A stretch of DNA of 64,000 nucleotides from Gemmatimonadales bacterium (GTDB lineage: Bacteria; Gemmatimonadota; Gemmatimonadetes; Gemmatimonadales; GWC2-71-9): the NCBI GenBank assembly GCA_037189525.1, contig JBBCJC010000005.1, positions 928,001 through 992,000 of the forward strand, in the 5' to 3' direction. This document shows, one piece after another, positions 28,162 to 38,029 of this stretch (the stretch's first letter is position 1; each line of letters begins with the position of its first letter). A program made the position numbers and the translations under genes. Under the pieces are notes generated by a model that saw nothing but the letters and a program-made list of their open reading frames with translations, was not told where the DNA came from and ran no database searches.

Positions 28162-28721
28162 GCCGCCTGTTCCGTAAAGACCGGATCTGGCCCGCAGCCA
28201 TTACCCTCGTGTTGCTGGGTAACGTGGCCCTCGGCGTCACCCTGATCCGGGTCGCCTCGGCCGACCCGCACTTTGCCGTCGAGCCCGACTACTACCGCCG
28301 GGCCGTGGGGTGGGACACGACCCAGGCGCAGGTCCGCCGCTCGGCAGCACTCGGCTGGCAGGTCCATCCGACCCTGGCCCCGGTCTCCGGCGATTCGACC
28401 CCGCTGGTCATCCTGCTCACCGACCGGGATGGCGCGCCGCTCGATTCGGCGCAAATCGAGATCGTGGCCCGGCCCGTGGCCCATGCGGACCGGACCGTTT
28501 CCGGTACACCGACCGCATACGGAGCCGGGAGATACACCGCAACCATGGCAATCGATCGCCCGGGTCTGTGGGAAGTGACCGTCACCGTCGACCACGCCGG
28601 CGAGCGGCTGGTTGCGCCGCTCCGCATCGATGCCCGTCCGGATGCCATCGGGACGCTGATCACCAGCCGCCCGGGCCAGCCGGACCCGGCGCGCGTCGCC
28701 GCTGGACTCCGGCGGGAGTAG
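28158..28721 (+). CDS. ccoH: FixH/CcoH family protein
   Basis: N-terminal TM, VEPDYY, PGLWEV; operon position. Confidence 0.85.
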   Translation: MSRLFRKDRIWPAAITLVLLGNVALGVTLIRVASADPHFAVEPDYYRRAVGWDTTQAQVRRSAALGWQVHPTLAPVSGDSTPLVILLTDRDGAPLDSAQIEIVARPVAHADRTVSGTPTAYGAGRYTATMAIDRPGLWEVTVTVDHAGERLVAPLRIDARPDAIGTLITSRPGQPDPARVAAGLRRE

Positions 28722-28723
28722 CC

Positions 28724-29437
28724 GTGACCACCCTCGCCTTTGCCGTGCTCGGCGCTTCGCTGCTCGGCAGCGTGCACTGTGCCGCAATGTGCGGGGCGTT
28801 TACCTATCTCTATACCGACCCGGGTCGCCAGGGTCGAGCCGCCCTAAACCATCATGCCGCCTACAATCTGGGGCGGCTGGCTTCGTACCTCCTGCTCGGC
28901 GTGACGGCCGGCGCAGCGGGTGCGCGGCTCGGGCCGGTAGCCGCGCTGGTGACCGGTCTCCTTCTGGTCGGCTGGGGCATCCATGCCCTGCTCCGCGCCA
29001 AGGGCGTCAGACTCGGCGCCCCCCGGGTGCCCGAGGTCTGGCAGCGCGCCATGGGCAGTGTGCTGCTCAGGTTCCGGAACCGTCCGCCCGCGCTGCGCGC
29101 CGCGGCCACCGGACTCGCGACCACACTGCTGCCCTGCGGCTGGATGTGGGCGTTCGTGACCGTGGCCGCGGGAACCGGATCAGCGCTGACGGCCGCTCTC
29201 GTGATGACGATGTTCTGGGCCGGCACACTGCCCATGATGCTCACCATCGGCGCCGCTGCCCAGCGACTGACCGGGCGGTACCGCACCCGACTTCCGCTCG
29301 TGAGCGCCGCGGTCATCATCCTGCTCGGGTTGACCTCGATCGCGCTGCACTTCGGCGTCCTGCCAGGCGGAGACGCGCTGCACCGTCTGCTGCCACCGGT
29401 ACCCGGCTTCGAAGCCGCCCACCATCATGGCACCTGA
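28724..29437 (+). CDS. DsbD_2 / TauE-SafE-like membrane protein of cco operons
   Basis: GSVHCAAMCG, YNLGR, LLPCG, FWAGTLP; GTG start. Confidence 0.9.
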   Translation: MTTLAFAVLGASLLGSVHCAAMCGAFTYLYTDPGRQGRAALNHHAAYNLGRLASYLLLGVTAGAAGARLGPVAALVTGLLLVGWGIHALLRAKGVRLGAPRVPEVWQRAMGSVLLRFRNRPPALRAAATGLATTLLPCGWMWAFVTVAAGTGSALTAALVMTMFWAGTLPMMLTIGAAAQRLTGRYRTRLPLVSAAVIILLGLTSIALHFGVLPGGDALHRLLPPVPGFEAAHHHGT

Positions 29438-31907
29438 CGTGAGCGCGACCATCGGCATGCCGTGCGCCCATTGCGGCCTTGCGGTTCCTCCCGACGCCGT
29501 CCGCGCGGACGACCAGCCGTCGTTCTGCTGCGCCGGCTGCGCAACGGCCTGGGATATCCTCCACGCCGGAGGGCTCGAGCGGTACTACGAGCTGAGTGAA
29601 CGGCGCGGAACGGCCGTGGCCAGCAGTGGGCGGAGCTACGACGAGTTCGATCACCCGGCCTTCGAAGAACTGTACGTTCGTCGCGATGCCGACGGCACCG
29701 CCAGCGCCGAGCTGTATCTCGAAGGAGTCCACTGCGCCAGCTGCGTCTGGCTGGTCGAACGGGTTCCGCTGCTCGTCCCGGGTACGCTGAGCGTCGAACT
29801 GGATGTCCGCCGGGCCCTGGCGCGGGTGCGCTGGTCTCCCGAACAATCGGCACTCTCCACCATCGCGCAGACGCTCGATCGGCTCGGCTATCCGCCCCAT
29901 CCGTTCCGCGGCGTCGCCCGCGAGACGATGCGCCGGCGCGAGGACCGGGCAGCCCTGGTCCGGATCGGGGTTGCCGGCGCCATTGCGGGCAACGTGATGC
30001 TCCCTGCGCTCGCGCTCTACTCGGGAGAGTTTCACGGCATGGAAGAGGCCTATCTCGGCCTGTTCCGGTGGGTGTCGCTCCTGCTGACCATCCCGGCGTT
30101 CCTCTTCCCGGGTCGCGTCTTCTTTACCGGCGCGCTCGCGTCCCTGCGCACCAGGTCATTGCACATGGACCTGCCGATCGCCATTGCTCTGGCCGCCGGG
30201 TTCATTCGCGGAGCCATCAATACCATCACCGACAGCGGGCCGATCTACTTCGACGGGCTGACCATCCTGATCTTTGCGCTGCTTGCCGGGCGATACCTCC
30301 AGCAGCGCGGCCAGCGCGCCGCCACCGATGCTTCCGAGTTACTCTTCTCGCTCGCTCCCAGTGTCGCGCGTGTCGTCGCCGCTGATGGCACCGAGCGGGA
30401 ACTGCCGGCGGTCGCTCTGCTGCCCGACATGGAAATTCTGGTCCGCGCCGGAGAAACCTTCCCCGCCGACGGGCTCATCTCCTCCGGCGCCACGACAGTA
30501 AATGCTGCGCTGCTGACGGGCGAATCCGAACCGATCCGAACCGGGCTCGGCGATCGTGTCTATGCCGGCACCCTCAACGTCGCCGCTCCGGTCCGGGTTC
30601 GTGTCGAAGCCGCCGGTAGCGGTTCTCGGCTCGCCCGCCTGCTCCGCCAGGTCGAAGATAGTGCCTCGCGCCGAGCGCCCGTCATCGCATTTGCCAACCG
30701 GCTCTCCGGCATCTTCATCGCCGTCGTGCTGGCCCTGGCTACTATCACGTTCCTGATCTGGCTGCCCCGTGATGCGGCCGCCGCCTGGGACTACGCCATT
30801 GCGCTGCTGATCGTCACCTGTCCCTGCGCGTTGGCCCTGGCGACCCCGCTGGCCGTAACCGTCGCCGTCGGACGCGCTGCCGGCCAGGGGATCTACATCA
30901 AGGGCGGCGACGCGCTCGAGCAGCTGGCGACTCCCGGAGAACTGATCCTCGACAAGACCGGCACCCTGACCGAAGGGCAGACGACGCTGGTCGAGTGGTA
31001 CGGCGACCCGGCTGCACAGGAACTCGTGCTGGCCCTCGAAGCTGGATCGTCCCATCCGATTGCCGATGGCTTCCGGCGCGCTTGGACTGCCGCGCCCCGA
31101 CAGGACGCGACCGACATCACCCATGTCACCGGCGGCGGGATCATGGGCACTGTCGACGGACGCCAGGTGGTGCTCGGCTCACCCGCCTTCGTCGCGCGAC
31201 ATGCGCCGGACAGCGAGCGCTGGCTGCGCATGCTGACCCAGCCGACGCTGACACCGGTGCTGGTCGCGGTCGACGGACGCGTGGTGGCGGTAGCGGGCCT
31301 GGGCGATCGGATCCGAACGGACGCCCAGGCCGCGCTGACGGCCCTCCGCGAGCGCGGCTGGCGCACCCTGCTGCTCTCGGGCGACGATCCCAGGGTTGCC
31401 AACGCCGTCGGCGCCACGCTCGGTTTTGCGCCCGACCAGATCATCGGCGGTGCTACGCCGGAAACGAAACAGGCTGTGGTCGAAGCCCGCCGGCGGTCCA
31501 GCGGACGGACGGTCGTGATGGTGGGCGACGGCGTCAACGACGCCGCGGCCATTGCGGCGGCCGATGTGGGAATCGGCGTCCACGGAGGCGCCGAAGCATC
31601 GTTGTCCAGCGCCGATGCCTACCTGACGACGCCAGGTTTGACGCCGCTGGTGGAGTTGGTCGACGGGAGCGCCCGCACCATGCGGGTCATCAAGCGGAAC
31701 ATCACGTTCGCACTGGGCTACAATGCGCTCGGGGTGCTGTTTGCCATGACTGGCTTTCTGTCACCGCTCGTGGCATCGATTCTGATGCCGGCTTCGTCCA
31801 TAACGGTCGTCACAGCCAGTTGGTTCGGGCGGACGTTCGGGCAGCGGAAGCCTGCAGACACGATCGAGCCGCTGAGTCGCCCTTCTCACCTGGCGGAGGC
31901 TGCATGA
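29427..31907 (+). CDS. ccoI: P1B-type copper-translocating ATPase CcoI/FixI
   Basis: CAHC..FCCAGC, HCASC, TGES, CPCAL, DKTGTLT, GDGVND. Confidence 0.96.
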   Translation: MAPDVSATIGMPCAHCGLAVPPDAVRADDQPSFCCAGCATAWDILHAGGLERYYELSERRGTAVASSGRSYDEFDHPAFEELYVRRDADGTASAELYLEGVHCASCVWLVERVPLLVPGTLSVELDVRRALARVRWSPEQSALSTIAQTLDRLGYPPHPFRGVARETMRRREDRAALVRIGVAGAIAGNVMLPALALYSGEFHGMEEAYLGLFRWVSLLLTIPAFLFPGRVFFTGALASLRTRSLHMDLPIAIALAAGFIRGAINTITDSGPIYFDGLTILIFALLAGRYLQQRGQRAATDASELLFSLAPSVARVVAADGTERELPAVALLPDMEILVRAGETFPADGLISSGATTVNAALLTGESEPIRTGLGDRVYAGTLNVAAPVRVRVEAAGSGSRLARLLRQVEDSASRRAPVIAFANRLSGIFIAVVLALATITFLIWLPRDAAAAWDYAIALLIVTCPCALALATPLAVTVAVGRAAGQGIYIKGGDALEQLATPGELILDKTGTLTEGQTTLVEWYGDPAAQELVLALEAGSSHPIADGFRRAWTAAPRQDATDITHVTGGGIMGTVDGRQVVLGSPAFVARHAPDSERWLRMLTQPTLTPVLVAVDGRVVAVAGLGDRIRTDAQAALTALRERGWRTLLLSGDDPRVANAVGATLGFAPDQIIGGATPETKQAVVEARRRSSGRTVVMVGDGVNDAAAIAAADVGIGVHGGAEASLSSADAYLTTPGLTPLVELVDGSARTMRVIKRNITFALGYNALGVLFAMTGFLSPLVASILMPASSITVVTASWFGRTFGQRKPADTIEPLSRPSHLAEAA

Positions 31908-32113
31908 GCATCCTGTTCCTGGTCCTACCGCTGGCGATCGTCATTGCCGGGATAGCGGTATGGGCCTACGTCTGGTCGGCGCGGGAGGGGCAGTTTGACG
32001 ACCTCGACACTCCCGCCGTCCGGATGCTGCACGACGACGATACGCCGCTGCCGCCGGCCGGACGACCGATCGAGCATCACGGTGAAAACGAGGCCTTGAG
32101 GTCCGCGAGATAG
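31904..32113 (+). CDS. ccoS: cbb3 oxidase maturation protein CcoS/FixS
   Basis: TM helix then WSAREGQFDDLDTPAVRMLHDD; GGAGG RBS; ATGA overlap. Confidence 0.93.
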   Translation: MSILFLVLPLAIVIAGIAVWAYVWSAREGQFDDLDTPAVRMLHDDDTPLPPAGRPIEHHGENEALRSAR

Positions 32114-32589
32114 GCCTTCACCGTCGCCTCATGGCCGATCACGTACCTGCTGATCGTTCTGAAGAGCGGCGCGCGCACGACCCCCTCCTCCCGGATCCGG
32201 ATTTCGGTATCATCACCGTTCACCGGTTCGAGTTCGATCAGCCAGCGCCCGCCGAACGGCAGACTCTGATCGACGATCACCGATTCGAAGCGACCCGGCG
32301 CGCGCTGGTAGAGGGCAAGCGCCATCTCCTCTCCCCCGCTCCGCTCCCGATACCGCACCGCTTCGTCGCTACTCTGCTCCAGCACCACACCGTCGACACC
32401 GGAGCGCCATGTGGCATAGGCCGCGACATCACGGATTCGCGCCGCCACCTGCTCCACCGAGGCCGCAATCACCTCCCGCCCCTCCGCGACGTGCTGCTCG
32501 GGCAGTGTGCGCCCGATTGCATACGCCATGACAAGCGCTAGAAACACAGCAGTGATGACGCCGATCAGGCTTCGTACCAGCAGCTTCAT
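32077..32589 (-). CDS. SRPBCC/polyketide-cyclase-fold protein with N-terminal anchor
   Basis: LPEQHVA, YATWRSGV, LPFGGRWLIEL, IREEG..PLFR; GAGGAG RBS. Confidence 0.75.
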   Translation of the reverse strand: MKLLVRSLIGVITAVFLALVMAYAIGRTLPEQHVAEGREVIAASVEQVAARIRDVAAYATWRSGVDGVVLEQSSDEAVRYRERSGGEEMALALYQRAPGRFESVIVDQSLPFGGRWLIELEPVNGDDTEIRIREEGVVRAPLFRTISRYVIGHEATVKAYLADLKASFSP

Positions 32590-32718
32590 GGTCCCATCTC
32601 CTCGATTCGACGAATCCTTCCACCGCACTCCTGCCGTGGAAGGTAGCGCTCCCCGGACTTACCGTCGCGACGCAACCGGCATCGGCCGTGCCCCGTATCT
32701 GAGTCGAAACTAAATACA

Positions 32719-32757
32719 TTGACAGCATCTATTTTTACATGTATCATATACATGTAA
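32719..32757 (+). promoter_or_regulatory. sigma70 promoter and overlapping operator of vapBC
   Basis: TTGACA (32719-32724)-17 nt-TATCAT (32742-32747); perfect inverted repeat TTACATGTAT-CAT-ATACATGTAA (32735-32757). Confidence 0.85.
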
Positions 32758-32771
32758 GAAGGGAGGGAGCT

Positions 32772-33071
32772 ATGTCGGATACTCGTGACATCAAAAAGGT
32801 ACGGGAGCCCGTGCAGGTCTATCTCGATCCGCCGGACGTGGCGCTGCTCGAGGATCTCCTCACTGCAACCGGTCTCTCGAAGGCAGAGCTCCTCCGGCGC
32901 GGGCTGCGCCGGCTGTCGGCCGAGACGTTGGGAGCACAGGCGCCCGGCTGGTCGCTGGAGCGGTTGATCGGCGCCGTTGACGATCCGAAGGGACCGACCG
33001 ACACCGCGGCCCGCCACGACGACTACCTCTACGGAGAGCCCAAGCGTGGCCGCCGACCGCGTCTTCGCTGA
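32772..33071 (+). CDS. vapB: Ribbon-helix-helix (CopG-like) antitoxin
   Basis: PVQVYLD..LSKAELLRRGLRR RHH pattern; C-terminal AARHDDYLYG; overlaps PIN gene. Confidence 0.8.
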   Translation: MSDTRDIKKVREPVQVYLDPPDVALLEDLLTATGLSKAELLRRGLRRLSAETLGAQAPGWSLERLIGAVDDPKGPTDTAARHDDYLYGEPKRGRRPRLR

Positions 33072-33462
33072 TACGAGCGGCCTGTTGGCCCTGGCGCATC
33101 GGCAGGACCAGTATCACACCCGTGCCGTCCTGTTCGCGCGCAAGTTCGTGCAGGGCGGCGGGCGGTTCGTGGTCACACCGCTCATCCTGGCGGAGCTGCA
33201 GGGACTCTTGCTCTACCGGCGTGGCAGTGACACGGCCCGCAGCGTGATCGAAGGGATCTTGGGCGACCCGCTCTACAACTGTCTCCCGGTCGACACCGAA
33301 CTCGTTACGGCAGCGGCGGGCGCCTGGCTCGGTAAGTTCCGCGACCAGGCGCTCACGCTCTGCGACGGTGTCAGCTTCGAGATAATGCGCCGCGAGCGGA
33401 TCAAGTCAGCCTTCGGCTACGATCGCCACTTTGCCGATGCCGGTTTCCGCCTGGCCGGCTGA
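33046..33462 (+). CDS. vapC: PIN-domain toxin
   Basis: VFADTSGL, ILAE, LCDGVSF, FGYDRHF acidic PIN residues; GTG start. Confidence 0.9.
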   Translation: MAADRVFADTSGLLALAHRQDQYHTRAVLFARKFVQGGGRFVVTPLILAELQGLLLYRRGSDTARSVIEGILGDPLYNCLPVDTELVTAAAGAWLGKFRDQALTLCDGVSFEIMRRERIKSAFGYDRHFADAGFRLAG

Positions 33463-33559
33463 CGCGCTCCATCGTCGGGCCGGACTTCCTTGGTTTCGGG
33501 GGCGCTCCGGACGCCACCACTTCCACGCCGGGCCGCCGATCCCACAATCCGCCGTCGGA

Positions 33560-34732
33560 TCAGGCCGGTGCGGTCGGTGGTGCCGGTGACTTGCGGACCG
33601 CGAGGACCAGAAGCCCCAGCGCGCAGTAGACGGCCATGACGAGGAAGCCTGCCCCGTACTGGCCGGTCCGGTCGACGGCCAAACCTACCAGTGGCTGCGC
33701 AAAGAAGCCGATGCTGTAGAGCATCTGATACAGGCCGTACACCTGCCCGACTTTTTCCTGCGGATACAGAAACCCAGGCAGCGCAAAGAACGCCGGCATG
33801 CCAAGCGCGAGCGAGATACCCAGCGCACCTGCCGCAAGACGGGGCGACAAACCCGGCACGAAGAAAAGCGCCATCGCTGCCAGACCAAACGCCGTTGCCG
33901 CCACCACGAATCCGGCCGCATTGCCGCCTTGGAGGCGCGAAGCCAGGATCGGCTTCAGCACCAGCGACACCAGCGCATAGGATCCGATGATCGCGGACGC
34001 CACGGCGAGCTCGTATCCCCACTCGACCAGCGCATCCGGGCCAAAGGTCATCACGGCTTCCGTGCCGATGCTGTAGCCGAAGTACGCAATCGCGAGGAAC
34101 CAGGCGCCACGACCGAGCGAGAACGGGTCGAATCGTGCCGGCGTCGCCGGCGCCGAGTCGGTCAAAACGGCCTTGGGATTGGACATCAACGGGACCAGGA
34201 AGGCGGCCGCCACCGAAACGGCAGCCAGTAGCTGCACGGCCGGACGCCAACCCTGCGCACCGCCGATCGACCCGAGCAGATTGAGACTCAAGTACACGCC
34301 TGCGGTGAACGCCATGGTATAGATGCCCATGACGAAGCCCAGTTCCCGACGCCCCGCAAACCAGAGCGCCAGATACTTGGGCGCGCCGATCATGTGCGCG
34401 TTCATGCCCACCGAGAAGAGCAGCCGTCCGGCGCAGAGCACCCAGTAGCTGGGTGCAACGGCCATGATGGCCGTCCCCGCCGCGATCAGGACCCAGCAGG
34501 CTGTCAGACCGCGCCGAATCGGATAACGATCGAAGATCCACCCGGCAGGCAGCGAGATCAGGATCCCGGGCAGGTACCAGAGTCCCGACAACAGGCCGCC
34601 CTGCGCCCGCGATATTCCGAAGTCTTGAATCCAGAGGCTGAGCAACGGAAAGACCGCCGCGAACCCCATCATGCCGACCGTGGTGGTCAGGAGCGTCAAA
34701 CCGAGTGCGACCCACCGATTCTGCCCGATCAC
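33560..34732 (-). CDS. MFS transporter
   Basis: About 12 TM helices, GWIFDRYPIRR motif A, GRLL. Confidence 0.9.
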   Translation of the reverse strand: MIGQNRWVALGLTLLTTTVGMMGFAAVFPLLSLWIQDFGISRAQGGLLSGLWYLPGILISLPAGWIFDRYPIRRGLTACWVLIAAGTAIMAVAPSYWVLCAGRLLFSVGMNAHMIGAPKYLALWFAGRRELGFVMGIYTMAFTAGVYLSLNLLGSIGGAQGWRPAVQLLAAVSVAAAFLVPLMSNPKAVLTDSAPATPARFDPFSLGRGAWFLAIAYFGYSIGTEAVMTFGPDALVEWGYELAVASAIIGSYALVSLVLKPILASRLQGGNAAGFVVAATAFGLAAMALFFVPGLSPRLAAGALGISLALGMPAFFALPGFLYPQEKVGQVYGLYQMLYSIGFFAQPLVGLAVDRTGQYGAGFLVMAVYCALGLLVLAVRKSPAPPTAPA

Positions 34733-34739
34733 ACCGACC

Positions 34740-35354
34740 TCATTTCGAAGAGAGCCGAGCCCGACCGCGACGAGTCAGGTAGGGCCGAAGGAGAGTGCAG
34801 AGATCCTGCCTGACCAGCCGGCGGAGCGACCCGACTGGCGCGTATGCCCAGGCGGTGTACGTCCCGACCCAGGTAATCCAGACGACCCGCGCCAGGGCCG
34901 CGCGGTCCAGATCCGGAGCCATCCAGCGGCCGGCCACCGCAAGGTCGATGATCGCGTGAATCCGGTCGATCGCCAGCATTTCGCGCGCCTTGGCACTTCT
35001 GGCTCCCCCCGGCACCAGGAGATGCCCGGGGTCATAGAGATAGGTGTTCGAGAGACGGTAGAGGCGCGCCGCGTTCCTCTCCGCAACCCGCGCCAACCGG
35101 TCGATCAGAGCGCCGATCGGATCACGTTCGAGATCGAGGTCATCGATGATCGCGTCGAGCATCCGCCGATCGGCACGGTCCTCGACGAGGGCGAGCAACT
35201 GCCCGCGCGATCCGAATCGTTGAATCAGACGGGCCGCCGTCAGCCCGACCTCGGCGCCGATCTCGGCCAGCGTGACATGGCGGCCCCGCCGCCGGACGAT
35301 GCGGATCGCCTGGGCAAGGATCTCGTCATCCGTTTTGGCGGCGCGGCGGCTCAT
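34740..35354 (-). CDS. TetR/AcrR family regulator
   Basis: VTLAEIGAEVGLTAARLIQRFGSR N-terminal HTH. Confidence 0.85.
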   Translation of the reverse strand: MSRRAAKTDDEILAQAIRIVRRRGRHVTLAEIGAEVGLTAARLIQRFGSRGQLLALVEDRADRRMLDAIIDDLDLERDPIGALIDRLARVAERNAARLYRLSNTYLYDPGHLLVPGGARSAKAREMLAIDRIHAIIDLAVAGRWMAPDLDRAALARVVWITWVGTYTAWAYAPVGSLRRLVRQDLCTLLRPYLTRRGRARLSSK

Positions 35355-35409
35355 GGTAACCTGCCCGAATCTGTCCGAGGTTGCTTGCCCATGGACGGGC
35401 GACCGTTAC

Positions 35410-35424
35410 CTTAATTCGATTAAG
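35410..35424. promoter_or_regulatory. Candidate TetR operator in divergent intergenic region
   Basis: CTTAA-TTCGA-TTAAG inverted repeat in an AT-rich patch between tetR and the oxidoreductase. Confidence 0.55.
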
Positions 35425-35473
35425 TATATGCCGGCAGGACGGCCGGCCTCAACTTCCTGTGACGAGGCACTGC

Positions 35474-36484
35474 ATGCGGGCTGTCGTTACCGTAGCGCAC
35501 GGCGGGCGAGATCAGCTCGTCTATCGCACCGACTATCCCGATCCGACCCCCGGACCGAACGAGGTGGTGGTGAGCGTCGCGGCCACCGCCATCAACTATC
35601 ACGACATCTTTACCCGCCGCGGCATGCCCGGGATTCGAATCCCTCTGCCGGTCATCGTCGGGTCGGACATCGCCGGCACCGTAGCGTCGGTCGGCCAGGA
35701 CGTGACTCGTTGGACGCCGGGCGACCGGGTCGTGATCGATCCCGTCTATCGCGAGGGCGATCGGTTCGGCATGATCGGCGAAGTAGCCGACGGCGGACGG
35801 GCAGAACGCGTCTGTGTCCCGGAACGACAACTGATCCGGGTCCCCGACGCCGTCTCGCTCGAAGACGCCGCCTCGCTGCCGCTCGCCTACGCCACCGCGC
35901 ATCGGATGCTGGTAACGCGCGGTCGAATCCAGGCTGGTGAACGGGTCCTGATCCTGGGCGCCAGCGGCGGTGTCGGCGTGGCCTGTGTCCAGCTGGCCAA
36001 ATTGTTGGGCGCGGAGGTCGTCGCCTGCGCAAGCTCCGCAAGCAAGATCGCCCGGCTCGAAGCCCTGGGCGCCGACCACTGCATCAACTATCTGGAGACG
36101 CGCTTCCTCGACGGCATCCGGGAGCGGTACGGCAAACCACGGATCACCGGTGAGGGAGGAGTCGACGTCGCCGTCAACTTCACCGGCGGCGACACCTGGA
36201 CCGACACCCAGAAATGCGTCCGGGTCGGCGGGCGCATCCTGACCTGCGGCGCGACCGCGGGCTTCGACCTCCGCACCGATGCCCGCTACCTGTGGACATT
36301 CGAACATCAGATGATCGGCTCGAACGGGTGGACCCCGGATGACATCATCCGGTTGATGGGCATGATTGCGGCCGGCGAATTGTCTCCGGTCATCGATGCA
36401 CGGCTACCGCTCGAACAGACGGCCGACGGAGAGCGCCTGTTGGAAGACCGCGAAGTCTTCGGCAAGGTGCTGATCATTCCATGA
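35474..36484 (+). CDS. MDR-family (quinone oxidoreductase-like) dehydrogenase
   Basis: AINYHD, GSDIAGTV, ILGASGGVG, FGKVLI. Confidence 0.9.
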   Translation: MRAVVTVAHGGRDQLVYRTDYPDPTPGPNEVVVSVAATAINYHDIFTRRGMPGIRIPLPVIVGSDIAGTVASVGQDVTRWTPGDRVVIDPVYREGDRFGMIGEVADGGRAERVCVPERQLIRVPDAVSLEDAASLPLAYATAHRMLVTRGRIQAGERVLILGASGGVGVACVQLAKLLGAEVVACASSASKIARLEALGADHCINYLETRFLDGIRERYGKPRITGEGGVDVAVNFTGGDTWTDTQKCVRVGGRILTCGATAGFDLRTDARYLWTFEHQMIGSNGWTPDDIIRLMGMIAAGELSPVIDARLPLEQTADGERLLEDREVFGKVLIIP

Positions 36485-37992
36485 TCGACCACGTCAATCT
36501 GGGAGACGTGACCTCCAACGAAGCGCCGGACCATCCGGCGTTCATCGACCTCCGCGCTCCCGACACGCCTGCCACCTGGTCCACCGCCAAGCTCGACGCC
36601 ACCGCGGATGCCGTCGCGCGCGGGCTGGTTCGGCGCGGCCACACGCCGGGATCGCGCGTCGCCATCCTGGCCGAGAACCGGGTCGAGTTTTTGGCAACGT
36701 ACTTCGGCATTCTCCGGGCCGGGATGGTCGCCGTCCCGATCAATTTCAAGCTGCCGGCCGAGACCATCGCTTTCATCTTTTCCGATGCAGACGTTGCGGC
36801 GGTGATTGCGGACCGGGAACGGGCGCGGCTGATTCCCGACGGAGTGCCGACCATCGAGCTCGATGACCCCGGCCCGCACGGCTATCAGCAGTTCCTCGAC
36901 CCCGGTCCGTGGAACACGGTCCGGCCGGGGCCGCGCGACCTGGCCAAGATTCTCTACACCTCCGGATCGACCGGCCGCCCCAAGGGCGTACCACTCCTGC
37001 ACGACGGCCAGTTGTGGGCCCTCCGGAAGTATTTCACCGGCTACGAAGCTGGCCGGCGTGACGTCACGCTGGTGGTGGCGCCGACCTATCACAAGAACGG
37101 CCTGTTCTTTTCCACGGTGGCGGTTTCGAACCAGATGACCATCGTGTCGCTGCCCCGCTTCGAGGCGCGGCAGTATCTGGAGGCGGTTGCTGCGTACGGT
37201 TGCACCGTCCTGTCCGGCATCCCCACGATGTTCGCGCTGATTGCCCGGGAGCGCGACCTGCTCGCGCGTCTCGACCTCCGGCACGTCCGCCAGGTGTTGA
37301 TCGGCTCCGCCCCGCTCACCGATGCGCTGCTGGCGCAGGTCCAGTCGATCTTTCCGAATGCCATTATCGGCAACAGCTACGGAACGACCGAGGCAGGACC
37401 CTGCCCGTTTGGTCCGCATCCGGCCGGCCTGGCCCGGCCCCCGCTTTCGCTCGGCCATCCGTGGCCCGACGTGGAGTGGCGTCTGGCCGGCGGGGGGTCG
37501 CCCGACGAAGGGGTGTTCGAACTGCGCAGCCCGGCGCTAATGCCGGGCTATCTCAACCTCGACCGCGTGACGGCCGAGCGAGTCCGGGACGGCTGGTACA
37601 CCACCGGCGATCTGATGCGCCGCGACCAGGACGGATTCTTCTACTTCGTCGGCCGGGCGGACGACATGTTCGTCTGCGGCGGCGAGAACATTTATCCAGG
37701 CGAAGTCGAAAAACTGCTCGAGCGCCATCCCGATATTGCCCAGGCCGCCGTCGTTCCGGTAACCGACGAGATCAAAGGCCAGATCCCGGTCGCATTCGTC
37801 GTCGCCACGCCGGGACATACCGTGTCGGAAGACGACATCAAACGCTACGCGCTGGAGCATGGCCCGGCGTACGCGCATCCGCGTGCCGTCGTCCCGGTGG
37901 CGGAAATCCCGGTGGCCGGCACCCACAAAGTCGACCGCCGGCGCCTGGTCGACGAGGCGACTCGGCTGATGCGAGGGCGCGGCCGGCTGTAG
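36481..37992 (+). CDS. Class I adenylate-forming enzyme (acyl-CoA synthetase)
   Basis: YTSGSTGRPKG, YGTTE, WYTTGD, GRADD, GGENIYPGEVE. Confidence 0.93.
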   Translation: MIDHVNLGDVTSNEAPDHPAFIDLRAPDTPATWSTAKLDATADAVARGLVRRGHTPGSRVAILAENRVEFLATYFGILRAGMVAVPINFKLPAETIAFIFSDADVAAVIADRERARLIPDGVPTIELDDPGPHGYQQFLDPGPWNTVRPGPRDLAKILYTSGSTGRPKGVPLLHDGQLWALRKYFTGYEAGRRDVTLVVAPTYHKNGLFFSTVAVSNQMTIVSLPRFEARQYLEAVAAYGCTVLSGIPTMFALIARERDLLARLDLRHVRQVLIGSAPLTDALLAQVQSIFPNAIIGNSYGTTEAGPCPFGPHPAGLARPPLSLGHPWPDVEWRLAGGGSPDEGVFELRSPALMPGYLNLDRVTAERVRDGWYTTGDLMRRDQDGFFYFVGRADDMFVCGGENIYPGEVEKLLERHPDIAQAAVVPVTDEIKGQIPVAFVVATPGHTVSEDDIKRYALEHGPAYAHPRAVVPVAEIPVAGTHKVDRRRLVDEATRLMRGRGRL

Positions 37993-38029
37993 TTGCGAAA
38001 ACGGGTGAGCCCACCCATGGTATTGCGGG

